Positions 42,263 to 52,309 of a DNA stretch of 64,000 nucleotides are shown piece after piece. Location: assembly GCA_963749495.1 (NCBI GenBank), contig CAVVMW010000006.1, positions 1,088,001-1,152,000 on the forward strand, in the 5' to 3' direction. Source of the stretch: an uncultured bacterium. Its GTDB lineage: Bacteria > Verrucomicrobiota > Verrucomicrobiia > Limisphaerales > UBA8199. Position 1 is the stretch's first letter. Each line of letters opens with the position of its first letter. Under the pieces are notes generated by a model, which saw only the letters and a program-made list of their open reading frames with translations, was not told where the DNA came from and searched no databases. The position numbers and the translations under genes are program-made.

Positions 42263-42607
42263 CTAAGATTCACTGGCCTCGCCGCTCCGTTCGGTGATTT
42301 CGGCGATGGCAGATTTTGTGATTTCCAACTTCGAGTCGGCGGAGCGCACGTTGAGGGTCTTTTCCTTGACGGTGATGACGACGGCGACGACGCCGCCGCT
42401 GGTGATGATCTTGTCCCCCGACTTGACCGTCTTGAGCATCGCGGCGTGTTCCTTGGCCTTCTTCTGCTGAGGCCGGAGCAAGACGAAATAAAACACGACA
42501 AACAACAGGAGCAGCGGCACCATCCCGGTCCAGGGAGGCGGCCCGCCCTGCTGGCCTTGCGGCGTCCCCGCCACCGCCAGCATCGCGCTGAGGTTTGTCA
42601 AAATCAT
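42263..42607 (-). CDS. yajC: Preprotein translocase subunit YajC
   Basis: FYFVLLRPQQKKAKEH..KSGDKIITSGG; directly upstream of secDF. Confidence 0.95.
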   Translation of the reverse strand: MILTNLSAMLAVAGTPQGQQGGPPPWTGMVPLLLLFVVFYFVLLRPQQKKAKEHAAMLKTVKSGDKIITSGGVVAVVITVKEKTLNVRSADSKLEITKSAIAEITERSGEASES

Positions 42608-42763
42608 ACTACTAAATGAGCCGTTAACTCTACGGAAGCAAGAACATTTGGCAAGCTTAACCGAACAAATGATTTTTGCCATCAATGATTTTGCCGATAA
42701 CGGTTCTGTTTTGCCTTCGAAAGAAGGTTGAAAATCGGCCGGGGTTGCCGCAATCTGGGGGCG

Positions 42764-43282
42764 ATGAACAAAGTCCCGGTGCGGCTTGTGGTGATGGCAG
42801 CCCTGGTGGTGATGGCAGCCCTGGTGTGGTTCCTCGGCTGCAACAACGCAGCCGGGCCGACCGCGTCCATGCCCACCCAGGCGCAGCCTAAACTGCAGAC
42901 CATGAAGCTCTACCTCGGGGCCTCGGAGATCGTCGCCGAACTGGCACTCACGGAAAGGCAACGGCAGACCGGGATGATGTTCCGCACGAACGTGGACGAG
43001 CGCGCCGGCATGCTCTTTCCCCTGCCCTACACCCAACAGGCCTCTTTCTGGATGACCAACTGCCCGCTCCCGCTCTCGGCGGCCTACATCGACCCCGACG
43101 GGGTCATCCTGGAAATCCATGACCTCCAGGCCAGCAACAATATCCCAGTCACTGCCGCGACCGACAATGTCCGCTTCGTCCTGGAAACCCCCGAGGGTTG
43201 GTTCCAACGCCACAACATCGGCCAAGGCACAGTCGTGCGCACCGAGCGCGGGCCGTTGATGCAGACGTTCTTCCCGCAGTGA
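42764..43282 (+). CDS. DUF192 domain (lipo)protein
   Basis: RQTGMMFR, GMLF, SFWMTN, FVLETPEGWF; lipobox-like FLGC. Confidence 0.88.
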   Translation: MNKVPVRLVVMAALVVMAALVWFLGCNNAAGPTASMPTQAQPKLQTMKLYLGASEIVAELALTERQRQTGMMFRTNVDERAGMLFPLPYTQQASFWMTNCPLPLSAAYIDPDGVILEIHDLQASNNIPVTAATDNVRFVLETPEGWFQRHNIGQGTVVRTERGPLMQTFFPQ

Positions 43283-43303
43283 GCGCAGGGTGACCAGATC
43301 TGC

Positions 43304-45160
43304 GTGCAAGAGCCTGCCGATGCAAAGAAGCGTTTGCTGCCATTTCCATGGCCTTTACGGAGTCTGCCGGCCAGCGCGGTGGGCTTTCTTGCGCTGGGTT
43401 ATGCTTATGTCTGGCTGCGCCTGGGGCCTTCGGTCGAGTATGGGTCTGCGGGCGTGCCATTCTTCCTGAGCCGCTCGTTCTTCGGCCAATACGCCGCGCT
43501 TCCAGGGGGACTGCTCGACTACGCTGCCGCCTTCCTGGCCCAGTTGAACTACTACGACTGGTTGGGCTCGCTGGTATTTGCCGTATTGGGCTGCCTTTTG
43601 TTTTTGGGGGCCCGGGCGGTGTTTTGGCGCCTCAACGGGCTGGCCCCGCTCAGTGGAGGGTTCGTGCCGGTTTTCCTGTTGTTGTGGTTGCGGGGCCGGA
43701 GCGACGGCCATGCCCTGGCTGCGGGCGTGGGCTCGTCACTGGCGCTCTGGCTGGCCGCCGGCCACATGGGCCTGCCCTGCCGATGCGCGTGGCTGCGCCT
43801 GGCGGCCTGCTGGCTGGCCGCCGCGCTAATGGCCTGGGCAACGGGTCTGTGGCCTTGCCTGCTGTTCCTGGCGCTGGCCTGTGGGTTCGAGTTGGCGGCT
43901 GGTTCAAGGATAGTGGCGCTGGGCTCTCTTTTGGCTGCCGTGGCCGGCCCGTTGGCCATGATCGCTCTGGCCGGCCTGCCTGCCTGGCGCGTCCTGAACC
44001 CGTGGGGGACGGGAACCTCGTTGTGGCTGACTGCGGCCCTCTTCCTGTGCGTGCCGCTCACGGCCAGTGTGCTGGCGCTTCTGCCCAAGCCGCCGCCCGC
44101 CCCCGCACAGAGCGTCACCCGCAAGGGCCGCCACAAGGCGGCAGCCCCGGTCCCCTTCCGCCGGCGGTTGCTGCAGCCCGGCGTGAAACGCGCGTTCGCA
44201 ATCGGCCTGTTCCTGGCCGGATGGACGGCGGTGTGGCTTGGCCACAGCAATTGGCAAAGGGCCTTCGAGCGGATCGACTACTACGCCGCCCGCAAGCAAT
44301 TCGACAAGGTGCTGGCCGTGGCCGCCCCGCTGCCGGCCTTGGACGCCGCATCCGCAGTGCGCCTTCAACTGGCCCTTTACCATGCCGGCCGCCTCACGCA
44401 GGACCTCTTTGCCTTCCCCAACCACCTGGCCTGGAGACTGCTCCCCGGGCTCGATTTTGAACTGCCGGCCTGCCGCGCCCAATGCGACACGCTCATGGAA
44501 CTGGGACAGGTCAACGAAGCCGAGCACCTCGCCCATGAGGCCCTGGAACTGGAGGGTAACCGGCCCAACCTCCTCCGGCTGCTCGCCAGGGTCAATATTC
44601 TCAAGAATCGCCCCCAGGCCGCCGCAGTATTCTTGAACCTGCTGGCGCAGGCGCCTTTCCAGCGCGCCTGGGCCGCCGCCCGCCTGCGCAACCTCGACTA
44701 CGACCCGCGTTTGCCCGATGACCGCGAACTGGCGCTGATCCGGACGCGGATGGTGACGACGGACCTGCCTCACGACAGGGTGCCGGTCGAATCTTTTCTC
44801 CAGCAACTGCTCCAGTCCAACCCGCGAAACCAGATGGCCTTCGAGTACCTGCTGGCGCACTACCTGGTGACCCGCAACCTGGACCGCCTCATCAAGCAGC
44901 TCGGCCGCCTGGATGATTTCGGCTACACGGGCATTCCACGCCATCTTGAAGAGGCGCTCCTCCTCTACCAGCAGACCCGAGGCGGCCCAGTCGAACTCCA
45001 CGGCCGCCAGGTCCGTCCCGAAACCGTCCAGCGCTTCGCCCGGTTTACCCAGGCCCTCAACCGCGCCCGCCAAAACCCCGAGGAGCGCCACGCCCTTGAG
45101 CTCGAGTTCAAGGACACCTTTTGGCTCTATTTCTATACCCGGCCCATGGAGAACCAGTAG
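43304..45160 (+). CDS. DUF6057-like membrane protein with helical/TPR-like C-terminus
   Basis: PGGLLDYAAAFLAQLNYY, NPRNQMAFEYLL, DTFWLYFY; multi-TM N-terminal half. Confidence 0.65.
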   Translation: MQEPADAKKRLLPFPWPLRSLPASAVGFLALGYAYVWLRLGPSVEYGSAGVPFFLSRSFFGQYAALPGGLLDYAAAFLAQLNYYDWLGSLVFAVLGCLLFLGARAVFWRLNGLAPLSGGFVPVFLLLWLRGRSDGHALAAGVGSSLALWLAAGHMGLPCRCAWLRLAACWLAAALMAWATGLWPCLLFLALACGFELAAGSRIVALGSLLAAVAGPLAMIALAGLPAWRVLNPWGTGTSLWLTAALFLCVPLTASVLALLPKPPPAPAQSVTRKGRHKAAAPVPFRRRLLQPGVKRAFAIGLFLAGWTAVWLGHSNWQRAFERIDYYAARKQFDKVLAVAAPLPALDAASAVRLQLALYHAGRLTQDLFAFPNHLAWRLLPGLDFELPACRAQCDTLMELGQVNEAEHLAHEALELEGNRPNLLRLLARVNILKNRPQAAAVFLNLLAQAPFQRAWAAARLRNLDYDPRLPDDRELALIRTRMVTTDLPHDRVPVESFLQQLLQSNPRNQMAFEYLLAHYLVTRNLDRLIKQLGRLDDFGYTGIPRHLEEALLLYQQTRGGPVELHGRQVRPETVQRFARFTQALNRARQNPEERHALELEFKDTFWLYFYTRPMENQ

Positions 45161-45325
45161 GTAGCGCCGTCCTCGGGCCCGAAATGTGACAGCCTGGGCT
45201 GGAGCCAGCCTGCGAGCGGAGGCCCAGGTCATCGGGCCAGAATCTGGCGCGCCCTGTAAAAATTCCCGGAACGAATTCGCGCTTTGCGCCCCTGAACCTC
45301 GACACTGCGTTCCCGTCCCGCGAAG

Positions 45326-45411
45326 CGTTTTGGACTGCCGCAGTCCTCTGCCGCTTTTGTGTCCCCTCGCTGCCGGCGCGAAAGCGGCAGAGGACTGCCG
45401 CAGTCCAAAAC
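45326..45411. repeat. Palindromic element, family B (ttttggactgc..gcagtccaaaac)
   Basis: Copies at 50478-50557 and 56532-56613; this copy is nested in a larger inverted pair at about 45175-45552. Confidence 0.85.
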
Positions 45412-45594
45412 CTTCGGACTTGGTGTCGGTTCCTGGAGAGGGCGCCACAAGGTCCCGGCCTTACAGCCCAGGGCTTTTCGCGGGGCGCGGGCTTACCCGG
45501 GCCTCCGCTCCGCTCCAGCCCGGGCTATCACATGGCGGGCCTTCGGCCCTGGGGCACATCTCGCCCCTCGCCCCCGGGTCCCTCCCTCTCACCC

Positions 45595-45785
45595 CAGCCT
45601 CGGGATGAGATGGATCTGCGGGGCCTTGATCAAGGCGGACACGGCATCGCCCTGGGGCCAGGGCCATCTCCTCTCGGGCCTGGCGCGTGAGCAACGCGGC
45701 GAGGGGCAAACCGCAGTCCAGGTACACGCGCACCATGGGGCCTTCCGGGGCCAGGCCGCAGACGCTCCCGGCCAGGCAGTTGACG
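45595..45785 (-). pseudogene. TOBE-domain remnant (ModC/WtpC-like C-terminus)
   Basis: NCLAGSVCGLAPEGPMVRVYLDCGLPLAALLTRQAREEMALAPG / DAVSALIKAPQIHLIPR across one frameshift. Confidence 0.7.
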
Positions 45786-45871
45786 AATGACGAATGACGA
45801 AAAAAACTTTTGGGGTTGGACAGCCTTTGACCAACCCCCCCGCGTAGATTGGTACAAAAAAAAGGCTGATT

Positions 45872-46099
45872 ATGATCAATGGACAAATGGAACTGAGCCT
45901 CGTCAATGGCCGTGGCTGCCGCCCGCTGAGCCGCCGTCAGCGGCACCTGAGCCGTGCCCAGTGGTGGTTCGAGCGAATGCGCCAGGCGGTGGACCGGGCA
46001 GTGGACTGTGTGCCTGCCGCCCCGGCCCGCGCCCAGCAAGCCCTCTTGCCGGAGGCCTGCCGGCAGGCCGCCGCAGAACAACGCCAGATGTGCGCATAA
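45872..46099 (+). CDS. Small hypothetical protein
   Basis: 75 aa ORF after an AT-rich promoter-like stretch; RAQWWFERMRQAVDRA. Confidence 0.5.
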   Translation: MINGQMELSLVNGRGCRPLSRRQRHLSRAQWWFERMRQAVDRAVDCVPAAPARAQQALLPEACRQAAAEQRQMCA

Positions 46100-46126
46100 T
46101 TGGAGGGCGCAGGACAGAATTCTTCC

Positions 46127-46182
46127 CTGCCGCCTGAAGGCGGCGTTCCACAGCCAACCGGAACGCCGCCTTTAGGCGGCAG
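46127..46182. repeat. REP-like inverted pair
   Basis: ctgccgcctgaaggcggcgttcc .. ggaacgccgcctttaggcggcag. Confidence 0.75.
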
Positions 46183-46371
46183 GATTGGCGCTCGAATTGG
46201 ATTTCGTTCAATTTTGTGGTTGCATTCGGGGCCGTTTTTCCGTCATAAACAGGATTGTCCGGTGGCAGGACGTTTCTTCCGCGGGTTCCCCACCCTACCT
46301 CCTTAGCGTTTGCTGCCGGACGCCTCTGCGCGCATCCCGACATTGCCCCCGTTTGGCAGGGCGCACGAGTT

Positions 46372-46489
46372 CGTAGCGCAGGTTTCCAAACCTGCTGTAT
46401 CGCCGACTTCCAGTCGGCAGGGCGCAGGAACTCGCTGCGCCTGCGGGTTGGAAACCCGCGATACAGCAGACTTGGAAGTCTGCGCTACG
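46372..46489. repeat. GTAG-type REP doublet, family D
   Basis: cGTAGcgcaggtttccaaacctgctgtatcgc .. gcgatacagcagacttggaagtctgcgCTACg. Confidence 0.8.
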
Positions 46490-46576
46490 GGGGCAGTGTC
46501 GGGATGCGCCCGACGCCGCTACACCTCTTGTCCTGGCCGAATATCATCAACAAACCGGCCAAACCATGGTTGAAGA

Positions 46577-48032
46577 ATGGCGGCTATGCCGCCGGAATTG
46601 AAACAGGAGTTGCTGAGGCGCATTCCGCCCGTGACGGAGTTGTTGAAGAGCGAGGCGGTGGCGCAGTGGCTCAAGACGCAGCCGCCGGGGCTGGTGACCG
46701 ATTGCCTGCGGGCGGCGGTGGCCGGCGCGCGGCGGGAGCTCCTGGCCGACGAGGCGGGCCGGAGCGGGCCGGAGCAGGTCAGCGCGGAGGTCCTGTTGGC
46801 GCGGGCGGGGGAGTTGCTGACGCAGGCGACCACGCCGCGCCTGCGCGAGGCCATCAACGCCACCGGCATCATCCTGCACACGGGCCTGGGCCGCGCGGCC
46901 CTTCCAGCGCCGGTCGTGGACTCCATCCAGCGCGGAGCTCAAAGGCTATACCACGCTGGCGGTGGACCGCGAGACCGGCGAGCGGATCGAACGCGACGAA
47001 CTGGTCGAGTACATCCTCACCGAGTTGACCGGCGCCGAGGCCGCCACGGTGGTCAACAACAACGCGGCGGCCACGTTGCTCGTGCTGGCGGCCCTGGCCT
47101 CGCACAAGGAGGTCATCGTCTCGCGCGGGCAGCTCATCGAGATCGGCGGTTCCTTCCGCCTCCCGGAGGTCATGGCCCAGAGCCAGGCGCGGCTGGTCGA
47201 GGTCGGCGCGACCAACCGGACGCACCTCAAGGATTATGTGAACGCCATCACCGCCGAGACGGCCTCCATCATGCGCGTACACCCGAGCAACTACCGCATC
47301 GTGGGTTTCACCACCCAGCCGGCGCTGGCCCAACTGGCGGAACTGGCGCATCGGCGGGGGCTCATCCTCATTGATGACCTTGGCGCCGGGGCGCTGGTGG
47401 ACCTCGAACAATTCGGGCTGCCGCACGAACCGACCGTCCGCCAATCCATCGCCGCCGGGGCCAACGTGGTCCTGTTCAGCGGCGACAAGCTCATCGGCGC
47501 CGGCCAGGCGGGCGTCATCGTCGGGCGCAAAGACCTCATCGAGCGGCTGCGCAAACATCCCTTGATGCGGGCGTTGCGCGTGGACAAGACCTGCCTGATG
47601 CTCCTGGAGCGCACGTTGCACCTGTTCCGCAGGACGGAGTCCCTCCGCCTTGAGCATCCGACTTATCGCATGATCTGCGCGCCGATGGAGGCCCTCGAAC
47701 GTCGCGCCCGGGATTTGACCGAGGCGTTGGCCAGGACCGCGCCCGCCGTCGCCACGCGCATCGAGAAGGCCGTGGCCTATCTCGGCAGCGGCTCCTTGCC
47801 CACCGAGGCGATCCCCAGCCTGGTGGTCACGGTGTCGGTCCCCGGCCTGAGCGCAGCCGAGTTGGCCCGCCGCTTGAGGCTGGACCCCGCCTGTGTCTTC
47901 GGCCGGATCGAAGACAACCGGGTCCGGCTGGACGTGCGGACCCTCACCGATGAGCAGGTCCCCCAAATCGCGGCGGCGCTGGGGCGAATCGCCCAAGGAG
48001 CATCGGGGGGAGGCAGGGGGCGTGAAACGTGA
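46577..48032 (+). CDS. selA: L-seryl-tRNA(Sec) selenium transferase (frameshift near 46927)
   Basis: INATGIILHTGLGRA, VVNNNAAA, VSRGQLIEIGGSFRLPEVM, EVGATNRTH, VHPSNY, FSGDKL, RALRVDK. Confidence 0.95.
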
Positions 48033-48169
48033 AACGTGAAACGTGGAGGCGGGTCGTGAGGAATGCTTCATCAATATCCAGAGCCGAGCGTCGAGTGTCG
48101 AGCGTCGAGGGAGCGCGGTGCGGCCACCCGGGTGCGATCAAAAGCCTCGGGCATGCGCCTCGGGAGTTT

Positions 48170-48357
48170 TGTCCCGGAGGGACATCTGACAATAGCCCGG
48201 CGTTTCAACGCCGGGGAGGGCACAAAAGGGACCCTCGTCCCGAAGGGACGATTGAGAACACTCCTTGCTTTCAGCCGTCCCTGCGGGACGGACCTGCTCC
48301 TTGGGTCCCCCACCCGGCGTTGAAACGCCGGGCTATTGTCGGAAGCCCCTTCGGGGC
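48170..48357. repeat. REP doublet, family C
   Basis: gacaatagcccggcgtttcaacgccggg .. cccggcgttgaaacgccgggctattgtc with an inner gtcccgaagggacg/cgtccctgcgggac pair. Confidence 0.8.
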
Positions 48358-48441
48358 AAGAAGGCGCTGTGGGTTGACCGACAGTTTTAATCGTACCCCG
48401 GCCGCGCTCGCCCCTCGCCCCTCGCCCCTCGCCCCTCGCCG

Positions 48442-50392
48442 ATGACCCCCGCCCGTAAGCACATCATGCTCGGCACGGCAGGCCACGTGGACCATGGCAA
48501 GACGGCCCTGGTCAAGCTGCTGACCGGATGTGAGACCGACACCCTGGCCGAGGAGAAGCGGCGCGGGCTGACGATTGACCTCGGTTTCGCCCCGTGCAAG
48601 CTGGCCGACGAGCGCGTCGTGGGCATCGTGGACGTGCCCGGGCACGTCGATTTCATCCGCAACATGGTCGCCGGCGCCCACGGGGTGGACGTAGTCATTT
48701 TCGTGGTGGCGGCCGACGACGGGATCATGCCGCAGACGCACGAGCACCTGCACATTCTCACCTTGATGGGGCTGCGCCACGGGCTGGTGGCGTTGACGAA
48801 GATCGACCTGGTCGAGCCTGAGCGCCGACAGGCGGTCATCGAGGACCTGCGGCAGTTGCTGGCCGGCACGTTCCTGGCCAACGCCCCGATTTGCCCGCTC
48901 TCGAATATCACGGGCGAGGGTTTTGACGGCTTCTTCGACGCGCTCAACCAAGTGGTGGCCTCGTGCGAGGAGCGGTCCAGCTCCGGCCTGTTCCGCCTCT
49001 GGGTCGAGGACGTGTTCACGATTCGCGGCCCCGGCACCATCATCACGGGCATCCCGACCCACGGCCGGGTGGCCGTGGGCGACACGCTGAGGCTGCTGCC
49101 GGAGGGGCTGGCGGGGCACGTGCGGGGGGTGCAGGTCTATGGCGCGGACGCCACCGAGGCGCGCGCGGGCGAGTGCGTGGCGCTCAATCTGCCGGAGATC
49201 GATCATCTGGAGGTCCGGCGCGGGATGCTGCTCAGCGCCTCGGCCGATGCGGCGCACGTCACGATGGCCGAGGCGGAGTTGCTCCTCCTGGATTCGGTCA
49301 AAGGCCAGCTCGATGACTTCGTCGAGGCCCATTTGCACGTCGGCACCGCCTCGGCCCTGGCCCGCGTGGCCATGCTCGAGACGACCGGGATGACCGCCGG
49401 GCAACGGCAGATGGTCCAGTTGCGCCTGGCCGGGCCTCTGCCGCTCATCCCCGGGGAGCGTTATGTCCTGCGCGCCAACCTGGCCTGCCCGGGACAAACC
49501 GGGCTGGTCACCGTCGGCGGCGGGCGCATCCTCGGAACCAGCAACGTCCGTCTCCGGCGCAAGAGACAATGGACCCTTGATGCCCTGGCCGCCCGGCGGG
49601 CGGTCCTGGATGATCAGGCGGCCTGGTGCGAACTGATGTTGCGCGAAAGCCGCAAGCCCCTTTCCTTCCACGACCTCCAAAAGCAATGCGCCCTGCGCCC
49701 GGAGGAGTTGACCGCCCTGCTCGATGGCCTGCGGGCCCAGGGCCGGGTCTTGCAGGTGCCGGGCGGCGGGCTGGCGCACCGGGCGGTAGTGGAAGAAACC
49801 GCCGGCAAAATCGCTCGAGGCCATTGCCTCCTTCCATACAGCCAATCCCCAGCGCGCAGGCATCCCCCCCGACGCCCTCTACGCCCAACTGGGTGAGACC
49901 CCGGAGATCTGCGGCCTAGCCGCGCAATCACTCCTGAATCGCAAGCAGATCGAGCGCCCCGGCCCGGTCCTGGCCCGCGCCGGTTGGACCGCCCGGCTCT
50001 CCGGCCATGAACAGGACCTGTCGGACCGGGTCGCCGCCGCCTTCCAGAAGGCGGGCTGGGCCGGACCCACCGCCGCCGAGCTGGCCGCCTCTCTGAACCA
50101 ACCGCCGGGCCGAATCGAGACCATGATTCGCCTGCTGGCAGAACGCGGCATCCTGGTGGGCCTGGACCCGCGCACCTTCATCCACCGAGATGCGCTCCAG
50201 GCCGCCAAACAAGTGGCCCTGGGGTTGTTTGCCAAAAAACCGTCGTTTTCCACCATGGAATTTCGCGATGCCCTCGGCGTCAGCCGCAAATACGCCGTGC
50301 CGCTTGTGGATTACCTGGACAGAATCCGGTTCACCGTCCGCTCGGGCCACGACCGCACGCCCGGGGTGGAGGCGAGGAAGGCACTCAAATAA
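48442..50392 (+). CDS. selB: Selenocysteine-specific elongation factor (frameshift near 49813)
   Basis: GTAGHVDHGKT, EEKRRGLTIDLGFA, DVPGH, MPQTHEH; C-terminal wHTH FRDALGVSRKYAVPLVDYLD. Confidence 0.95.
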
Positions 50393-50599
50393 AACGGGTG
50401 CGCACATCATTTTATTGCGTTATGCTGTGAACGGTCGTCAGTTACCCCTCTCCATGAACCGAAGCAAAGCCCGCAAGGTTTTGGACTGCGGCAGTCCTCT
50501 GCCGCTTTCTCGTCCCCAGGATCCAAAAAGCGCCAGAGGACTGGCGCAGTCCAAAACGCTTCGCGTCGGCCCACGCCCGCCGCGTAATCCGGCGCACGC

Positions 50600-50685
50600 C
50601 AGCTTGGACGAATACTTGAAGCGCAAGCTGCACGACCCGGACTTTCGCGCGGCATACGCTGCCGAGGACAAACGCATCGATCTGG
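50600..50685 (+). pseudogene. Possible N-terminal fragment of an XRE/HigA-type antitoxin
   Basis: LDEYLKRKLHDPDFRAAY. Confidence 0.35.
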
Positions 50686-50704
50686 TGCCCAGAGCGGCCC
50701 GGGC

Positions 50705-52309
50705 ATGAAGATCGACCTCGCCAAACGCCGCGTGGTGATGGAGCGTTCGCAGCGCCTGGGGCATTGCATCTGTGATCCGCGCCGTCCGTGTCCTTGCGAT
50801 GTCTTCGGCGACCAGCACATCTGCCCCTGCGCGGGCGAGCGGCCGGAGCCGGCGGACTTGTCGCAACTGCGGCTCACGCAGCTTGTGCGCAATGCCGGCT
50901 GCGCCTCGAAGATAGCCCCCGCCGATCTCGATGCGGTCCTGGGGCGGCTGCCGGAAGTGAAAGACCCAGCGGTGATTTCCGGCCTGGCGGCGGCCGATGA
51001 CGCCGCCATCTACCGCATTGCCCCGGACCTCTGCCTGGTCCAGACGGTGGATGTGTTCACTCCGTGCGTCGATGACCCGCGCCTGTTCGGCCGCATCTGC
51101 GCGGCCAATTGCCTGTCCGACATCTACGCCATGGGCGGGGAGCCGCGGACGGCCTTGAGCGTTCTGGCCTTCCCGTCGGAGACGCTGGATGGGGAGATCA
51201 TGTACCAGATGCTGGCGGGCGCGATGGAGACCCTCTCCGAGGCGGGCGTGGCGCTGGTGGGCGGGCACAGCATCAAAGACGACGAGATCAAGCTCGGGTT
51301 TGCGGTCACCGGTGTAATCGACCCCGCCGTAGCGGCGGCGCTGGCCGCGCCGCGTCCCGGCGACCTGCTGGTGTTGACCAAGCCCCTGGGCACCGGCGTG
51401 CTGGCCTTCTGCCGCCAGGTCGGCCGCGACCACCCCGCCGGGTTTGCGGCCGCGGAGACCGCCATGGCCACGCTCAACCGCGCCGCCGCCCAGGCGATGC
51501 AAGCCGCCGGCGCCTCCGCCTGCACCGATGTCACCGGGTTCGGCCTCTTGGGCCACCTCCTGCGCCTGGCCCGCCAGAGCCAATTGACCGCCCAGGTCTT
51601 TGCCCGGGCCCTCCCCGCCTTCGATGGGGCGCTTGAGGCCCTGCGCGACGGGGTCATCCCGGGCGCCACCGAGCGAAATCGCGAATTTGTCAATGATGCC
51701 CTCTCAGTAGCCCCGGGGGTCGAGGAGGCGCTAGTCCACCTGGGCTGCGACGCCCAGACTTCGGGCGGTCTGCTGATTGCCATTGCCCCGGACCGCCTGC
51801 AGGACTTGCAAACCGCCTTTGCACAACGCGGGGTGAACTGTTTCGTCATCGGCAGGTTTCTCGAACCCTCCCAGGGCGGCATCCACCTCGTTGATTCCGC
51901 GCCGGACCCGGCCCTTCACGTTTCACGTGTCACGTTTCACGCTTCCCCCTCCGCCACCCCTGCCATGAACTCATCCTCCTCCCCCGCGTCTGACGCGCAC
52001 CCGGCCAATTGCTGCGCGGACATTTTCCAAGCCGCCGCCGCTCCCACGACGGCGCCGGAGGCCCAGCGTGCCTTCGGGGCCATGATGCGGGCGGTCCAGT
52101 CCGCCGGGGCGCTGGATGCGAAGACCAAAGAGCTGATCCTCTTCGGCCAGGTGGTTGGCAGCCGGTGCGGCCCCTGCCTTGCCGCGCATTACCAGAAGGC
52201 CATCCAGATGGGTATCACCCCCGCCGAACTGGACGAGGCCGCCTGGTGCGCCATCGCCATGGGCGGCGCGCCGGTCCTCATGTTCTACCAGGAACACCGG
52301 CCAAAGTGA
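50705..52309 (+). CDS. selD: Selenophosphate synthetase with Cys-rich N-terminal extension and C-terminal AhpD/CMD domain
   Basis: AGCASK, DDAAIY, QTVDVFTPCVDDP, ANCLSDIYAMGG, GGHSI, LTKPLGTG, DVTGFGLLGH, DAQTSGGLL; then GALDAKTKELI..RCGPCLAAH. Confidence 0.93.
   Translation: MKIDLAKRRVVMERSQRLGHCICDPRRPCPCDVFGDQHICPCAGERPEPADLSQLRLTQLVRNAGCASKIAPADLDAVLGRLPEVKDPAVISGLAAADDAAIYRIAPDLCLVQTVDVFTPCVDDPRLFGRICAANCLSDIYAMGGEPRTALSVLAFPSETLDGEIMYQMLAGAMETLSEAGVALVGGHSIKDDEIKLGFAVTGVIDPAVAAALAAPRPGDLLVLTKPLGTGVLAFCRQVGRDHPAGFAAAETAMATLNRAAAQAMQAAGASACTDVTGFGLLGHLLRLARQSQLTAQVFARALPAFDGALEALRDGVIPGATERNREFVNDALSVAPGVEEALVHLGCDAQTSGGLLIAIAPDRLQDLQTAFAQRGVNCFVIGRFLEPSQGGIHLVDSAPDPALHVSRVTFHASPSATPAMNSSSSPASDAHPANCCADIFQAAAAPTTAPEAQRAFGAMMRAVQSAGALDAKTKELILFGQVVGSRCGPCLAAHYQKAIQMGITPAELDEAAWCAIAMGGAPVLMFYQEHRPK

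Noticed and set aside
40200..42266. Long antisense ORFs (e.g. 40200..42266 +, 55726..57678 +, 57776..59566 +, 48271..49863 -)
   Set aside because: Shadow frames of well-supported genes in high-GC DNA
46100..46576. tRNA-Sec (selC) upstream of selA
   Set aside because: The structure is explained by two REP-like inverted pairs; no TCA anticodon arm or CCA end was recognised
50890..50910. Selenocysteine in the SelD active site
   Set aside because: The codon is TGC (Cys), not TGA
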